From Bacteroidaceae bacterium (lineage in GTDB: Bacteria; Bacteroidota; Bacteroidia; Bacteroidales; Bacteroidaceae), in the NCBI GenBank assembly GCA_045659645.1, contig JAZRCG010000010.1, positions 57,391 through 121,390 on the forward strand: a stretch of 64,000 bases of DNA, in the 5' to 3' direction. Positions 9,498 to 20,300 of the stretch are shown piece after piece. Within the stretch, counting starts at the first letter, position 1, and each line of letters begins with the position of its first letter. The notes beneath the pieces were generated by a model that was not told where the DNA came from, made no database searches, and saw only the letters and a list, made by a program, of their open reading frames with translations. The position numbers and the translations under genes were made by a program.

Positions 9498-10079
9498 CTA
9501 TTCTTTAAATGTTGCTATGGATAGGACGTAGCCCTTGTCGGCATGCTCCTCGGTGTGGAAGGCAATGTCTGCCGTGTTCTGTGGCAGAAGCAGGTCGTGC
9601 AGGTTGTCCTGAAGTCCCGTGCCACGTAGTTTTACCAATGCCTCCTTTTGTGTCCAGAAACGGAAGAAACGTATGGGGTCGCCTGCTATTTCCTCCTGTT
9701 CCTGGGGGCTCATTGTGTGCCTGATCAGGGCATCGCTGATTTTGCGTTCAGTACTCTCCGCATCAATGCCTATGGGCTTGTCTCCCACGGCACAGGCAAT
9801 GGCGTTTGCGCAATGGCTTAGATTGAAGTGGATGCTGGGGTATTCCTGCAACGAGGGCTTACCGTGCTCGCCTATAAGGAAGGTTGGATTGTCCGCTATG
9901 CCAAATTCGTCTTCTAATGCCTGGCAAAGAAGCAGGTACGAGAGCGTGCAGTCCCTTTGTCCTTGGAAATGCCTGTATTTCAAGGCCTGCTCTCTCCTCC
10001 AGGAGGGGAGCTGGGATATGTCCCGTTCTAAATCCTCCGGCAAGTATCCGTCAAGATTGTCCTTTACAATCAGTTTCAT
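9498..10079 (-). CDS. 4'-phosphopantetheinyl transferase (Sfp-type)
   Basis: GKP...FNLSH, IGIDAE and FWTQKEALVKLRGTG motifs. I chose the start at MKLIVKD (10079), whose ATGA overlaps the MATE stop. The upstream 34 codons of the track ORF overlap the MATE gene. Confidence 0.8.
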   Translation of the reverse strand: MKLIVKDNLDGYLPEDLERDISQLPSWRREQALKYRHFQGQRDCTLSYLLLCQALEDEFGIADNPTFLIGEHGKPSLQEYPSIHFNLSHCANAIACAVGDKPIGIDAESTERKISDALIRHTMSPQEQEEIAGDPIRFFRFWTQKEALVKLRGTGLQDNLHDLLLPQNTADIAFHTEEHADKGYVLSIATFKE

Positions 10080-11434
10080 GCTTTTTGAACCTCCTTGGCA
10101 CGTATATGCCTTACCTGCCACCAAAGCATGGTCAAGGTAAAGATGCAACTCATGGTGTCGGCAAAAGGCAGGCTGTACCACACACCGTCCAAACCGAGGA
10201 AGTTGGGCAGGATGAGCATGCCTGGTATCAGGAAAATCAATTGTCGTGACAGGCTCAGGAAGATGCTCTTTCCAGCATGTCCTATGCTTTGGAAGAAGTG
10301 GCTCACCACTATCTGTCCGCCCACCAGCGGGAATATCATCACACAGATGCGGAACCCTCGTGCCGCCATGGATATGATATGTTCGTCCTTGGTGAACACC
10401 ATAGCTGGTATTTCCGGTATGAACATGCCTATGAGGAAACCCAGCGTAGTTACCACCGTGCCTGCCGCCATGGTGTAGCGTAGTGCTAGCCAGACGCGGT
10501 CGTTGCGATGTGCTCCCCAGTTGTAGCCGACTATAGGTTGCATGCCCTGGTTCAGGCCCATTACGACCATGAAGAACACGAATGCCACGCTGTTCACAAT
10601 GCCATAAGCCGCCAGAGCGTCATCACCCCCATACTCCTGCATGCTGCGGTTCAGTAGCAGTACCACCAGACACGAACAGGCATTCATCAGGAAGGGCGAC
10701 ATGCCTATGGCCAGCGTCTGCCTCACGATGTTTGCCTTCAGTTTGTATATGCCGCGCCTCAGATGGAGCAGTTCGCTCTTGCGGCAGAATAGCAGAAGCA
10801 CTGCCGCAAGACCCAGACTTTGGGAAATCACCGTGGCAATGGCAGCTCCCCGTATGCCCATGTCAAGGACAATGATAAACAATGGGTCCAAAGCAGCATT
10901 CACCAGCACACCGCACAGGGTCAGTATCATGGCGGTAATGGGATGACCCGCCGCACGCATTATGGCGTTGAGCCCGAGATAACTGTGCGAGATAACGTTG
11001 AACAGCAGTATTATCTGCATATATTCCCTCGCATATGGCAGAGTAATGTCCGATGCGCCGAAGAGTAGCAGTATGGGGTCCAGGAACATCATGCACACGA
11101 TGGTGAACAAGGTGCCAAGGATGATGTTCAGCGTGATAGTGTTGCCCAGTACGTTCTGTGCCGTGGCATAGTCCTTCTGCCCTAGTCGGACGCTGATAAC
11201 AGTACATGCACCCACTCCCACCATGGCGCCGAAAGCGGCTCCAAGGTTCATGAAAGGGAATGTGGCGGTGAGTCCGCCCAATGCCAACTTGCCGACAAAG
11301 TGTCCGATAAACGCTCTGTCCACCATATTATACAATGAACTTGCTATCATAGCCATGATGGCTGGCAAAGCATAGTTCAGCAATAGTCTTCCAACGGGCT
11401 TCTCGCCCAATTCTGTAGGTACTCTCTGTGCCAT
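10076..11434 (-). CDS. MATE family efflux transporter
   Basis: About 452 aa with 12 predicted TM helices. The N-terminus LLNYALPAIMAMIASSLYNMVDRAFIG is typical of MATE/NorM-like proteins. Start taken at MAQRVPTEL; the alternative ATG at 11473 is less likely. Confidence 0.85.
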   Translation of the reverse strand: MAQRVPTELGEKPVGRLLLNYALPAIMAMIASSLYNMVDRAFIGHFVGKLALGGLTATFPFMNLGAAFGAMVGVGACTVISVRLGQKDYATAQNVLGNTITLNIILGTLFTIVCMMFLDPILLLFGASDITLPYAREYMQIILLFNVISHSYLGLNAIMRAAGHPITAMILTLCGVLVNAALDPLFIIVLDMGIRGAAIATVISQSLGLAAVLLLFCRKSELLHLRRGIYKLKANIVRQTLAIGMSPFLMNACSCLVVLLLNRSMQEYGGDDALAAYGIVNSVAFVFFMVVMGLNQGMQPIVGYNWGAHRNDRVWLALRYTMAAGTVVTTLGFLIGMFIPEIPAMVFTKDEHIISMAARGFRICVMIFPLVGGQIVVSHFFQSIGHAGKSIFLSLSRQLIFLIPGMLILPNFLGLDGVWYSLPFADTMSCIFTLTMLWWQVRHIRAKEVQKA

Positions 11435-11628
11435 ATCAAGGTCCTGCTTACGGTTAAGTGAATGAAAAAGCAAATCGATTTGATTTTTCCGAGCGTAAGA
11501 CTAAGACTGGAAGTCAAAGTTATAAAAAAAAGAGCAAACTTGCATGCACCGATGCGAATATTTGGGAAAAACATGCCTGGCAGAGTAATTTAGCGTCACT
11601 ATGTCGGCAGACATTCGTTATTTATTGT

Positions 11629-11636
11629 TAACTTTG
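11629..11636 (+). promoter_or_regulatory. Bacteroidota -7 box (TAACTTTG) upstream of the mmd operon
   Basis: GTTAACTTTGCAAAC lies 91 nt upstream of the 11727 ATG. Confidence 0.5.
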
Positions 11637-11726
11637 CAAACGATTGTGCGTATTTAATAAATAAGTACGCGCGATTGTTGTTATTAGACAGGAAAGAAGT
11701 AATAACATATATCATTAAAACTCAAA

Positions 11727-13298
11727 ATGAGCAATCAAACAGAAAAGATCAAGGAGTTGATGGAACTCCGCGAGAAGGCTCGCATCGGTGGTGGCGAGAA
11801 AGCCATTGCCAAGCAGCATGAGAAGGGCAAGTTGACAGCACGTGAGCGTATTGCCATGCTGCTGGATGAAGGCAGCTTCGAGGAAATGGACATGTTCGTC
11901 GAGCACCGTTGCTACAACTTCGGCATGGAGAAGAAGCACTATCTGGGCGATGGTGTGGTAACCGGTAGCGGTACCATAGACGGCCGTCTGGTTTATGTCT
12001 TCGCACAGGACTTTACCGTTAGCGCCGGTTCTCTGTCAGAGATGCTGGCCAGCAAGATTTGCAAGGTTATGGACATGGCCATGAAGGTAGGTGCTCCAGT
12101 TATTGGTCTGAACGACTCTGGCGGTGCCCGTCTGCAGGAGGGTATCAACTCTCTGGCAGGTTATGCCGAGATTTTCCAGCGCAACATCATGGCTTCCGGT
12201 GTGGTTCCCCAGATTAGCGCCATCATGGGCCCCTGCGCAGGTGGTGCCGTATACAGCCCTGCACTGACCGACTTCACCCTGATGGTGGAGAACACCTCTT
12301 ATATGTTCCTCACAGGGCCCGGTCCCGTTAAGGCTGTTCTTGGCGAGGTTGTTACTCAGGAACAACTGGGTGGCGCCAGCGTTCATGCCACAAAGAGCGG
12401 TGTAACCCACTTTACCGCCAGCAACGAGGAAGAGGCAATCGCTATGCTCAAGAAGCTGATGAGCTACATTCCCCAGAACAACATGGAGAAGACTCCTCGC
12501 AAGGCTTGCACCGACCCCATTGGCCGTATGGAGGACTACCTGAACGACATCATCCCCGACAATCCCAACATGCCCTACGACATGTATCAGGTTATTGCCG
12601 GTATCGTGGACGATGGAGAGTTCTTTGAGGTTCAGCCCAACTATGCAAAGAATCTGATTATCGGTTTCGCACGCTTCAACGGTCAGTCTGTAGGTATCGT
12701 TGCCAACCAGCCCAAGCAGTTGGCAGGTGTACTGGACTGCAACAGCAGCCGCAAGGGTGCACGCTTCGTTCGTTTCTGCGATGCCTTCAATATTCCCATC
12801 GTTACCCTCGTGGACGTTCCCGGCTTCCTGCCCGGTACTGCACAGGAGTACAATGCCGTTATCCTGCATGGTGCCAAGTTGCTCTACGCTTACGGCGAGG
12901 CTACTGTGCCCAAGGTTACCGTTACCCTGCGCAAGAGCTATGGCGGCAGCCACATCGTGATGAGCTGTAAGCAGTTGCGTGGCGACATTAACTACGCATG
13001 GCCCTCTTCCGAGATTGCCGTTATGGGTGCCAGCGGTGCTGCCAGCGTGCTCTACGCCAAGGATGCCAAGGCCCTGAAGGACGAAGGCAAGGTGGAGGAA
13101 GCAAAGGCTTACATCAAGGAGAAGGAAGACGAGTACACCAAGCTCTTTGCCAACCCCTATCAGGCTGCCAAGTTCGGTTATATCGACGATGTTATCGAAC
13201 CTCGCAACACTCGCTTCCGCGTGATTCGCGCTCTGGCTCAACTGGAGAACAAGAAACTTACCAACCCTGCCAAGAAGCATGGCAACATACCCCTGTAA
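11727..13298 (+). CDS. mmdA: Methylmalonyl-CoA decarboxylase alpha subunit (acyl-CoA carboxyltransferase)
   Basis: 523 aa carboxyltransferase-family protein ([34 protein letters not shown]). It is followed by OadG-like, biotin-carrier and OadB-like genes. Confidence 0.85.
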   Translation: MSNQTEKIKELMELREKARIGGGEKAIAKQHEKGKLTARERIAMLLDEGSFEEMDMFVEHRCYNFGMEKKHYLGDGVVTGSGTIDGRLVYVFAQDFTVSAGSLSEMLASKICKVMDMAMKVGAPVIGLNDSGGARLQEGINSLAGYAEIFQRNIMASGVVPQISAIMGPCAGGAVYSPALTDFTLMVENTSYMFLTGPGPVKAVLGEVVTQEQLGGASVHATKSGVTHFTASNEEEAIAMLKKLMSYIPQNNMEKTPRKACTDPIGRMEDYLNDIIPDNPNMPYDMYQVIAGIVDDGEFFEVQPNYAKNLIIGFARFNGQSVGIVANQPKQLAGVLDCNSSRKGARFVRFCDAFNIPIVTLVDVPGFLPGTAQEYNAVILHGAKLLYAYGEATVPKVTVTLRKSYGGSHIVMSCKQLRGDINYAWPSSEIAVMGASGAASVLYAKDAKALKDEGKVEEAKAYIKEKEDEYTKLFANPYQAAKFGYIDDVIEPRNTRFRVIRALAQLENKKLTNPAKKHGNIPL

Positions 13299-13301
13299 CC
13301 T

Positions 13302-13631
13302 ATGAATATTCTTGCAGTAACACCTGAAACATGGGGATTGGCACTGGTCAGCATTGCCGTAGTCTTCGTCATTCTTTTGGTTCTGGTATGGATATTGGGC
13401 ATCTTCAGTTTTGTGGCTCGTAAGACAGCCAACAAGGCCAGCAATGTGAAGGTGGCATACAACCAGCAGAAGCAGGCCAAGACCTTTGCCAATGCCAGCG
13501 ATGAGGACAAGGCAGCAGTTGCTGTGGCTCTCTATCTGTACGAACAGGAGGAGAAGAGACAGGAAAGCCGTGTGCTCACCATCACCCATAACAACCAGAA
13601 CTGGACTTCCCAGTTGAACCCCAGGCTCTAA
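13302..13631 (+). CDS. OadG-family small membrane subunit of the Na+-translocating decarboxylase (delta-like)
   Basis: 109 aa with a single N-terminal TM helix (LALVSIAVVFVILLVLVWILGIF). Call rests on that and on its position between the alpha and biotin-carrier genes. Confidence 0.6.
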   Translation: MNILAVTPETWGLALVSIAVVFVILLVLVWILGIFSFVARKTANKASNVKVAYNQQKQAKTFANASDEDKAAVAVALYLYEQEEKRQESRVLTITHNNQNWTSQLNPRL

Positions 13632-13659
13632 GTCGTGTAACACATTAAATAACGTACAA

Positions 13660-14367
13660 ATGAAAGAATTCAAATTCAAGATAGGTGGCACCGACTATCT
13701 GGCCACCGTGGAAGACCTCAAAGGCGGCAACATGCAGGTAACTGTGAATGGCCAGACCTATCAGGTGGAGATTCCCCAAAACAAGGCTCAGGGTCCCCGT
13801 CCTGCAGCTTCTGCCCCAGTGGCAAGCCAGGCTGGCGGTCCCAAGAACGTGGTAAGCGAACTGCCCGGCACCGTTACCGAGGTGAAGGTGGCTGCCGGCC
13901 AGCACGTGAAGCGTGGCGAAGTGCTGCTCGTTATTGAAGCCATGAAGATGGCCAACGATATCGTATCCGAGGTGGATGGCACCGTACAGCGCGTAGCCGT
14001 GAGCAACGGTCAGAGCGTCAACCAGGGCGACCTGCTCGTGGAAATGGTGGCTGACTTCGTTGCTGCCAAGGCTCCTGCCCTGGAGCCCAAGCCTGCTCCT
14101 GCAACACCCGCCGGAGTGAGCGCTGCACCTGCCATGTCTGCACCTGCTGCAGGCAGCAAGACCGTTACCGCACCCCTGCCTGGTGCTATCACCAAGATCA
14201 GCGTCAAGGTGGGCGACCGCGTTTCCACCGGCGACACTGTTCTGATGATGGAAGCCATGAAGATGGAGAACAGTATTACCAGCGAGGCCAGCGGTATCGT
14301 GAAGGCTATCCTCTGCAAGGAGGGCGACCAGGTACAGAGCGGTCAGGCACTTGTTGAACTGGATTAA
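13660..14367 (+). CDS. mmdC: Biotin carboxyl-carrier subunit of the decarboxylase, with two tandem biotinyl domains
   Basis: 235 aa containing two complete biotinyl-domain signatures, each with E-A-M-K-M (Lys codons at 13945-13947 and 14260-14262), separated by an Ala/Pro-rich linker. Confidence 0.8.
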   Translation: MKEFKFKIGGTDYLATVEDLKGGNMQVTVNGQTYQVEIPQNKAQGPRPAASAPVASQAGGPKNVVSELPGTVTEVKVAAGQHVKRGEVLLVIEAMKMANDIVSEVDGTVQRVAVSNGQSVNQGDLLVEMVADFVAAKAPALEPKPAPATPAGVSAAPAMSAPAAGSKTVTAPLPGAITKISVKVGDRVSTGDTVLMMEAMKMENSITSEASGIVKAILCKEGDQVQSGQALVELD

Positions 14368-14385
14368 CAAGGGAACCATTCTATT

Positions 14386-15666
14386 ATGAAGAAATTTATC
14401 AAGTATCTCTCCCTGTTGGCCGTCATGTTGCTTGCGGCAACACCTGCCATGGCATTCAGTCTGGAGGAAGGAATGGTCGATTTTGTAAAGGAGATGGGGT
14501 TCGTGAGTTTTGCATCACTTGATGGCTTGAAGAACCTTCTCATGATTGCCGTAGCCTGCTATCTCCTTTATAGGGCTATAGTCAAGAACAACGAACCCTT
14601 GTTGCTCCTTCCCATTGCCTTTGGTATGATTCTGTCCAACTTGCCGGGTGCCGGCATGTACAGTAGCGAATTGTGGGCCGAGTTCATCAATCCTGCAAGT
14701 CCCCACTACCACAGCTATGGCCATATCCTGGCACATGGCGGTCTGCTGGACATCCTCTACATTGGCGTCAAGGCTGGTATCTATCCCTGTCTGATATTCT
14801 TGGGTGTGGGTGCAATGACCGACTTTGGTCCGCTGATTGCCAACCCCAAGAGCCTGCTCCTCGGTGCAGCCGCTCAGATCGGTATCTTCGCAACTTTCAT
14901 CGTTACCCAGATAGACATCCCTGGACTGGGCTTTACCCCCGAGCAGGCTGCATCTATCGGTATCATTGGTGGTGCTGATGGTCCCACGGCCATTTTCCTG
15001 ACCTCTAAGCTGGCACCCGAACTGCTTGGTCCCATTGCCGTAGCCGCATACAGTTACATGGCACTGGTACCCGTTATCCAGCCTCCCATCATGAAGGCCC
15101 TCACTACCAAGAAGGAGCGTCTCATCCGCATGTCTCAGTTGCGCACCGTCAGCAAGAAGGAGAAGATTATCTTCCCCATCGTCGTTGCCATCATCGTAAC
15201 TTTGATTGTCCCCAGCTCAGGCACCCTTATCGGCAGCCTTATGCTTGGCAACCTGATGAAGGAGTGTGGCGTTGTTGACCGTCTGAGCAAGACCGCCCAG
15301 AACGAGTTGAACAACATTGTGGTCATCTTCCTTGGTATCACCGTGGGTGCCACAGCCACAGCCCAGTCGTTCCTCAACCTGCAGACCATCGGTATCCTTG
15401 CCGTAGGTATCGTTGCCTTCGGTGTAGGTTCTGCCTCTGGTGTGCTTATGGCCAAGTTCATGAACCTCTTCCTGAAGGAGAAGATCAACCCCCTCATCGG
15501 TTCTGCCGGTGTTAGCGCCGTACCTATGGCAGCTCGCGTTTCCCAGCAGGAAGGCCAGAAGGAGGACCGCCGCAACTTCCTCCTGATGCACGCCATGGGT
15601 CCCAACGTGGCCGGTGTCATCGGTTCTGCCGTAGCAGCAGGTATCCTGCTCAGCTTCCTGGGATAA
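14386..15666 (+). CDS. mmdB: Sodium ion-translocating decarboxylase beta subunit
   Basis: 426-aa polytopic membrane protein of OadB/MmdB/GcdB type ([23 protein letters not shown]). Confidence 0.9.
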   Translation: MKKFIKYLSLLAVMLLAATPAMAFSLEEGMVDFVKEMGFVSFASLDGLKNLLMIAVACYLLYRAIVKNNEPLLLLPIAFGMILSNLPGAGMYSSELWAEFINPASPHYHSYGHILAHGGLLDILYIGVKAGIYPCLIFLGVGAMTDFGPLIANPKSLLLGAAAQIGIFATFIVTQIDIPGLGFTPEQAASIGIIGGADGPTAIFLTSKLAPELLGPIAVAAYSYMALVPVIQPPIMKALTTKKERLIRMSQLRTVSKKEKIIFPIVVAIIVTLIVPSSGTLIGSLMLGNLMKECGVVDRLSKTAQNELNNIVVIFLGITVGATATAQSFLNLQTIGILAVGIVAFGVGSASGVLMAKFMNLFLKEKINPLIGSAGVSAVPMAARVSQQEGQKEDRRNFLLMHAMGPNVAGVIGSAVAAGILLSFLG

Positions 15667-15704
15667 TCCTATGTTCAAATAGATTATACCTTATATATAA
15701 TATA

Positions 15705-15747
15705 ATACAGGCTCGGTCTCATCACGACCGAGCCTGTATTTCTTTTT
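15705..15747 (+). terminator. Rho-independent terminator of the mmd operon
   Basis: ATACAGGCTCGGTC-TCATCAC-GACCGAGCCTGTAT followed by TTCTTTTT. Confidence 0.8.
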
Positions 15748-15752
15748 GGGAT

Positions 15753-15904
15753 GAGGGGAGGCGGATTAGCGGTGAGGTTTTTCGTTTTGTTTTATTCATC
15801 CCCTCCGCTTCGCTTGTCCCGCCTATCTTAGAGGGACAAAGGGAGCGGAACACTGAAATTTGAAAATGGAAAAATGAAACCGCTCATCCGCTCCATGCTC
15901 ACCG
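15753..15904. repeat. Composite intergenic repeat (GCGGATNAGCGGTGAG arms plus an ATCC/ATCAxCCCCTCC...GTCCC...GGGACAAAG module)
   Basis: The core 15794-15843 resembles 31223-31278 and 25843-25900, and 31047-31098 in reverse. The flanking GCGGTGAG-type words recur at 31021-31042. Confidence 0.6.
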
Positions 15905-15919
15905 TTCTAAAATCTCCGC

Positions 15920-17236
15920 TCATCTCGTCTTTCTCAGGTAGTCGGCACGTTTGACCATGTATGTGGCTTGTGCCTGTGCCAGGCGGTTTAGACTTTCTCT
16001 AAGGAGGGTCTCGCTTTCCAACAGGTCGGAAAGGATTTCAGTACCGGAGCGGTATTTGTCCATGGACATGCGCATGTTTTCGGTGGCTTCTGCCACACTG
16101 GTGCGGGCGATGTCTATCTGCTTGTAGGCCTCCACGAGCGAGGACCAGGAGGACTCTATGTCGATGATGAGCTGCTCGCGGGCATCCTGCAACTGGTTCT
16201 GCGACTGCTGGAGGGCAAGTTTCTCGCGACGTATGGCATGCGAGCCTCCCCACCACGAGGTGATGGGCACGCTGACGGTGCCGAAGACCATGCCGTTGGT
16301 GGTGTTGGTCTCCATCATGGACTTTGCCCCTTCGGAGAGTCCGCCAAGGCCCACGTTGCTGATGGTAAGCCCCACAGCCACGGTGGGCAGATGCTTGCCA
16401 CTCTCCATGCGCACCTTCAGCTTGCCTGCTTCCACGCCCTTCTGTGCCAAGGCAAGTTCCTGGCGGGCGGCCACGGCCTCGTCGGGTGCGATGTAGTAGT
16501 TCAAGGGACTTTCTATGTCGGCGAGCGCCATGTCCTGCACATCTATCTTCTCGCCAGCCATGCCCGTCTGCTGTGCCAGGAGCAGGCACATGACGTGGTG
16601 CGCATTGCTGACGGTGAGGCTGTCGGAGGAGAGGCGCTGGAGTTCCAGGCGCACACGAAGCAGGTCGTTGCGAGTCGTCACCCCTGCATCCACATAGGAC
16701 TGCACCTCGCGATAGATGGCATGCAGCTGTTCCTGAGCCGAGTGTATGGTGGCAAGGTTGAGTTTCAGTTTCACTATCTGGTAGTAGTTCTCGGTCACCT
16801 TCTGCAGGAGGTCCTTTGTCTGTAGCTCTGCCTGTAGTTCCGCCACCTGCTTGCCAATGTCGGCCAGTCGGTTGCCGTTCACTATCTGCCCGCCGGCAAA
16901 TAGCGGTTGCGTGAGTGTACCCATCACGGCATAGGCCTCATCCAACTCGCGCACGGAGAAGGGCTGTCCTGCCAATGCAGCCAGTTGTGGGTTAATCTGC
17001 CCTAATGCCATCAGTTCCTGAGGATAGTATCCGTCAGCCTTTAGCATCTTGTCGAAGGCATGGAAAGCCAGCAGGTTGGCAGAGATTTCGGGGAAGTACT
17101 TGGTGAAGGCCTCCCTTTTCTGCTCGCCAGCCATCTGTATCTGCAGGGTGGCATTCAGCAGGGTGCGGTTCTGTGTGGCAGCACTTTGCAGGCACTCCTG
17201 AAGGGAAACGGTGCGAGGCTGAGCCTGCATGGCCAT
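15920..17236 (-). CDS. TolC-family outer-membrane efflux protein (start uncertain)
   Basis: The C-terminal ~439 aa of the 1505-aa track ORF is TolC-like, with alpha-helical coiled repeats and LLNA...L...A motifs. The first ATG is at 17236 (MAMQAQP). The hydrophobic stretch LFFCCMAMQA just upstream looks like the remnant of a signal peptide that is interrupted by a repeat unit. Confidence 0.75.
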   Translation of the reverse strand: MAMQAQPRTVSLQECLQSAATQNRTLLNATLQIQMAGEQKREAFTKYFPEISANLLAFHAFDKMLKADGYYPQELMALGQINPQLAALAGQPFSVRELDEAYAVMGTLTQPLFAGGQIVNGNRLADIGKQVAELQAELQTKDLLQKVTENYYQIVKLKLNLATIHSAQEQLHAIYREVQSYVDAGVTTRNDLLRVRLELQRLSSDSLTVSNAHHVMCLLLAQQTGMAGEKIDVQDMALADIESPLNYYIAPDEAVAARQELALAQKGVEAGKLKVRMESGKHLPTVAVGLTISNVGLGGLSEGAKSMMETNTTNGMVFGTVSVPITSWWGGSHAIRREKLALQQSQNQLQDAREQLIIDIESSWSSLVEAYKQIDIARTSVAEATENMRMSMDKYRSGTEILSDLLESETLLRESLNRLAQAQATYMVKRADYLRKTR

Positions 17237-17250
17237 GCAGCAGAAGAAAA

Positions 17251-17362
17251 GACCCACCCCCAAACCCCTCCCTCTATGGAGGGGAGTAGAATGTACTGCT
17301 GATGGGGCTCCGAGTCGGTTGTTACCACTCCCCTCCCTTGTGGAGGGGCTGGGGGAGGGTCC
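17251..17362. repeat. Inverted pair of GC-rich hairpin modules at the RND|TolC junction
   Basis: 17251-17288 (GACCCACCCCCAAACCCCTCCCTCTATGGAGGGGAGTAG) and 17327-17362 (its reverse complement). The spacer begins AATGTACTG, like the 3060 spacer (AATGTTCTG). Confidence 0.85.
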
Positions 17363-17370
17363 GCTGGATC

Positions 17371-20300
17371 CTTTCTCGTACAGCTTCCAGTACACCACTG
17401 GCAGTACCGTGGTGACGAGCAGGAGCATGCCTATGCCGCCGGCAAAGATGGTTATGCCCACTGGCATCCAGAAACTGCTGCCAGCCAGTATCATGGGCAC
17501 TACGCCCACGGCCGTGGTGGCGGTGGTGAGGAAGATGGGCACCATGCGGCGCTTGCCGGCATCCAGGGCAGCCTCCCTGGCCGACATGCCCTCGGACATC
17601 TTCTCGTTGGCATGCTCGAAGATGAGTATCTCGTTGCGCATAATCATGCCCATGAGGGTGATGAAGCCGAACATGCCCGTGAGGCCCAGCACCTTGTTGG
17701 CAATGAGCAGGCCTATGATGGCACCCGGCATGCCCAGGCTGATGGCCACGATGCACACGATGGCTATGGAGAACTTGCGGAAGTTGAACAGCAGGAAGAA
17801 GAATATAACCACCACAGACATGCCTATGCCGGCCATGATGTCGGGGGTGATGTCGTTGTTATGCTCCGTCTCGCCTCCCACCTCGGCACGCACTCCCTGA
17901 GGCAGGTTCATGTGGCTGATGTGGTCGATAATGCGGTTCTGTATGTCCAGGGCGAAGGTGCCACGCTTGCCCTCGGCGGTGACCGAGATGCAGCGCTCGC
18001 CATTGCGGTGCACTATCTTGGTGTGCCCCCATCGGGGATAAACGTCTGCCACCTGGCGCAAGGGCACGGAAGCCCCCATGGGAGTACTCAGGTAGGTGTC
18101 CCCCACGTCGCCGACCGTAAGAGATTCGGTGGCACGGTCCTTAAGCACCAGAGGCACTTCGTAGGTACGGCTCTTGCCGTCCACGCTGCCCGATTCCCAT
18201 ATGGACCCTATCTGTGTCTTGCCCGTCTGGAGCATGAGCTGCAGTTCTGCCGAGGTGCGGCTTATGCCCAGTTGGCTAGATGCCACGGGATCCAGGCATA
18301 CCTCCACTAAGGGCGACGGGCGGTCGTAGTCGGTATGCACCCACTCCAGTTCCGGGAAGGTGCGCATTTCCTGTATGAGCATGTCGGCGGTCCTTTGTAT
18401 GGAATCTATGTTGTTGCCATAGAAACGGTATTCATAGGTGGGCACGGGCAGGTAGTCCATCTGTTTCCAGCGCACGTAGGCATTGGGCCAGTGGTTGGAG
18501 TATTTCGGTGCCAGCTGGTCGAGAAGTTCCAGCGAAGCCTCGTTGCTCTCGGTGTTCACTATGAGCTGGGCAAAGTTCTTGCCGGCAATCACAGGAGCAT
18601 AGGTGGTATGGAAGCGAGGCGAAGAACATCCCACGAAACTCGTCACACCGGTCACCTTCTCGTTGGCATTCAGTATTGCGTTCAATTCGTCAGCTATCTT
18701 CTTGGTCTCCTCCAGGCCACTGCCCTCGGGCAGGTATATCTCCACGGCAAACTGGTTGCGGTCGGCAAAGGGGAACTGGCGCATCTTGAGCAAGGGGAAC
18801 AAGGCACCTGTGGCAACGACCAGCACTATGCTGCCCACGATGGTGAGCCAGGGGTGGCGGAAGTTCCACTCCAGAGTCTTGTCGTACCAGTGCTGCACCC
18901 AGTCGGTTATGTCACGCTTGCCAGGCTTCTTTTCCTTCACCCGGCGTATGATGGCAGCATTGAGCAGAGGGATGATGACGGCCGCCACAACGAGCGAAAC
19001 CATCAGGTTGATGGTGATGGTCAGGGGGAAGAGGCGGAGAACATCCGCAGCCTCGCCCTTGATGGTGATGAGCAGGGGATAGAAGATGGCACAGATGCAC
19101 ACCGTGGCCAGAAGCATGGGCCAGAAATACTGCTGCACGCTCTTCACCGCCGCCTCGCGACGGCCCATACCCTTGCCCAGGTACTCGAGATAGCCGTCGA
19201 TGACCACAATGCTGTTGTCCACTATCATGCCCAGCACCACTATGAGGCAGGCCAGGGTGATGATGTTCAGTTCTATGCCCAAGGCATACATTATGCCCGT
19301 GCTGACGAAGGTGGACAGGGGTATGGTGAGAGCCGCCACGATGGCACTCTTCAGGGGGAAGAGCACTATCATCACCGCCACGATGATGAGCATGGAGATG
19401 ATGAGGTCGCGCAGGAAGTCGCTCACGCTGGTACCCACCACCTGGGGCTGGTCGGTGATGCGGCGCATGTGCACATCGTCGGGCAGGCATTCATGGCGGA
19501 ACTGGTTCAGTATCTCGTCCACATCCTCGCCGAACATGACTATGTTGTTGCCCTTCAGCATTTCCAGGGACAGGATTACGCAACGCTTGCCGTTTGACTC
19601 AATGTAGCTGTCGCTCAGGTCATATTCCCTCTGCACGGTGGCAATGTCACGCACGCGCACAGTCTTGCCGTCAGGAGTGGCAAGGATGATGCGGTCGCCT
19701 ATCTCCTGTTCGGAATTGACGCTGGGCGCCACGTGTATGTTCAGATTCTGCTTGGGAGTTGACACCATGCCGCTCATTGTGGTGAGGCCCTGGCTTGTCA
19801 GCGCCTGTATCAGTGCCGTTTGGCCTATGCCATAGGCAGCCAGACGCTCTCTGTCCACGCAGATGGTCAGCTGTTCCTTCTTCTCGCCCAGCTGCTGCAC
19901 CTTGCTCACGCTGGGCAGGCGGCGCAGGCGGTCGGCCAGCTCGTCGCTATAGCCCTGCAGTTCCCGATAGGAGCGCTGGTCGCTCTCCACGGTGATGAGC
20001 AAGGCGCTGGTGTCGCCAAAGTCGTCCTGGGCCACCAGTGCCAGCACACCCTGAGGCAGGGAGGACTTGAACTGGTTCAATCCATGCTTCATCTTGCTCC
20101 ACACGGGGGTGAGGTTGTTCTGGTCCTGCTGGAACTGCACCATCACTATGCACATGCCGTTCTGGCTGGTGGAGTAGGTCTTGCTGCGGTCCACCTCCTT
20201 GTAGGTGAAGATGTAGCGCTCCAGAGGCCGTGCCACCTGCTCTTCTATCTCCTCGGCCGTGGCCCCAGGCATTACGGCAATCACCACACCCTGGCGTATG

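Noticed and set aside
12036-13691. 551-aa minus-strand ORF. Similar very long antisense ORFs also occur: 33372-35270 (632 aa), 36655-38499 (614 aa), 38565-39995 (476 aa), 18335-19597 (420 aa), 35392-36582 (396 aa), 23736-24830 (364 aa) and 1281-2213 (310 aa).
   Set aside because: Each lies exactly opposite a gene with strong family signatures (mmdA, proS, AmpG-like/coaX, GH20, RND, MFS, ilvE, metY). Their translations are low-complexity (rich in H, G, Q, L, V, A, R) with no recognisable motifs. Long stop-free antisense frames are an expected by-product of the codon bias in this GC-balanced genome.
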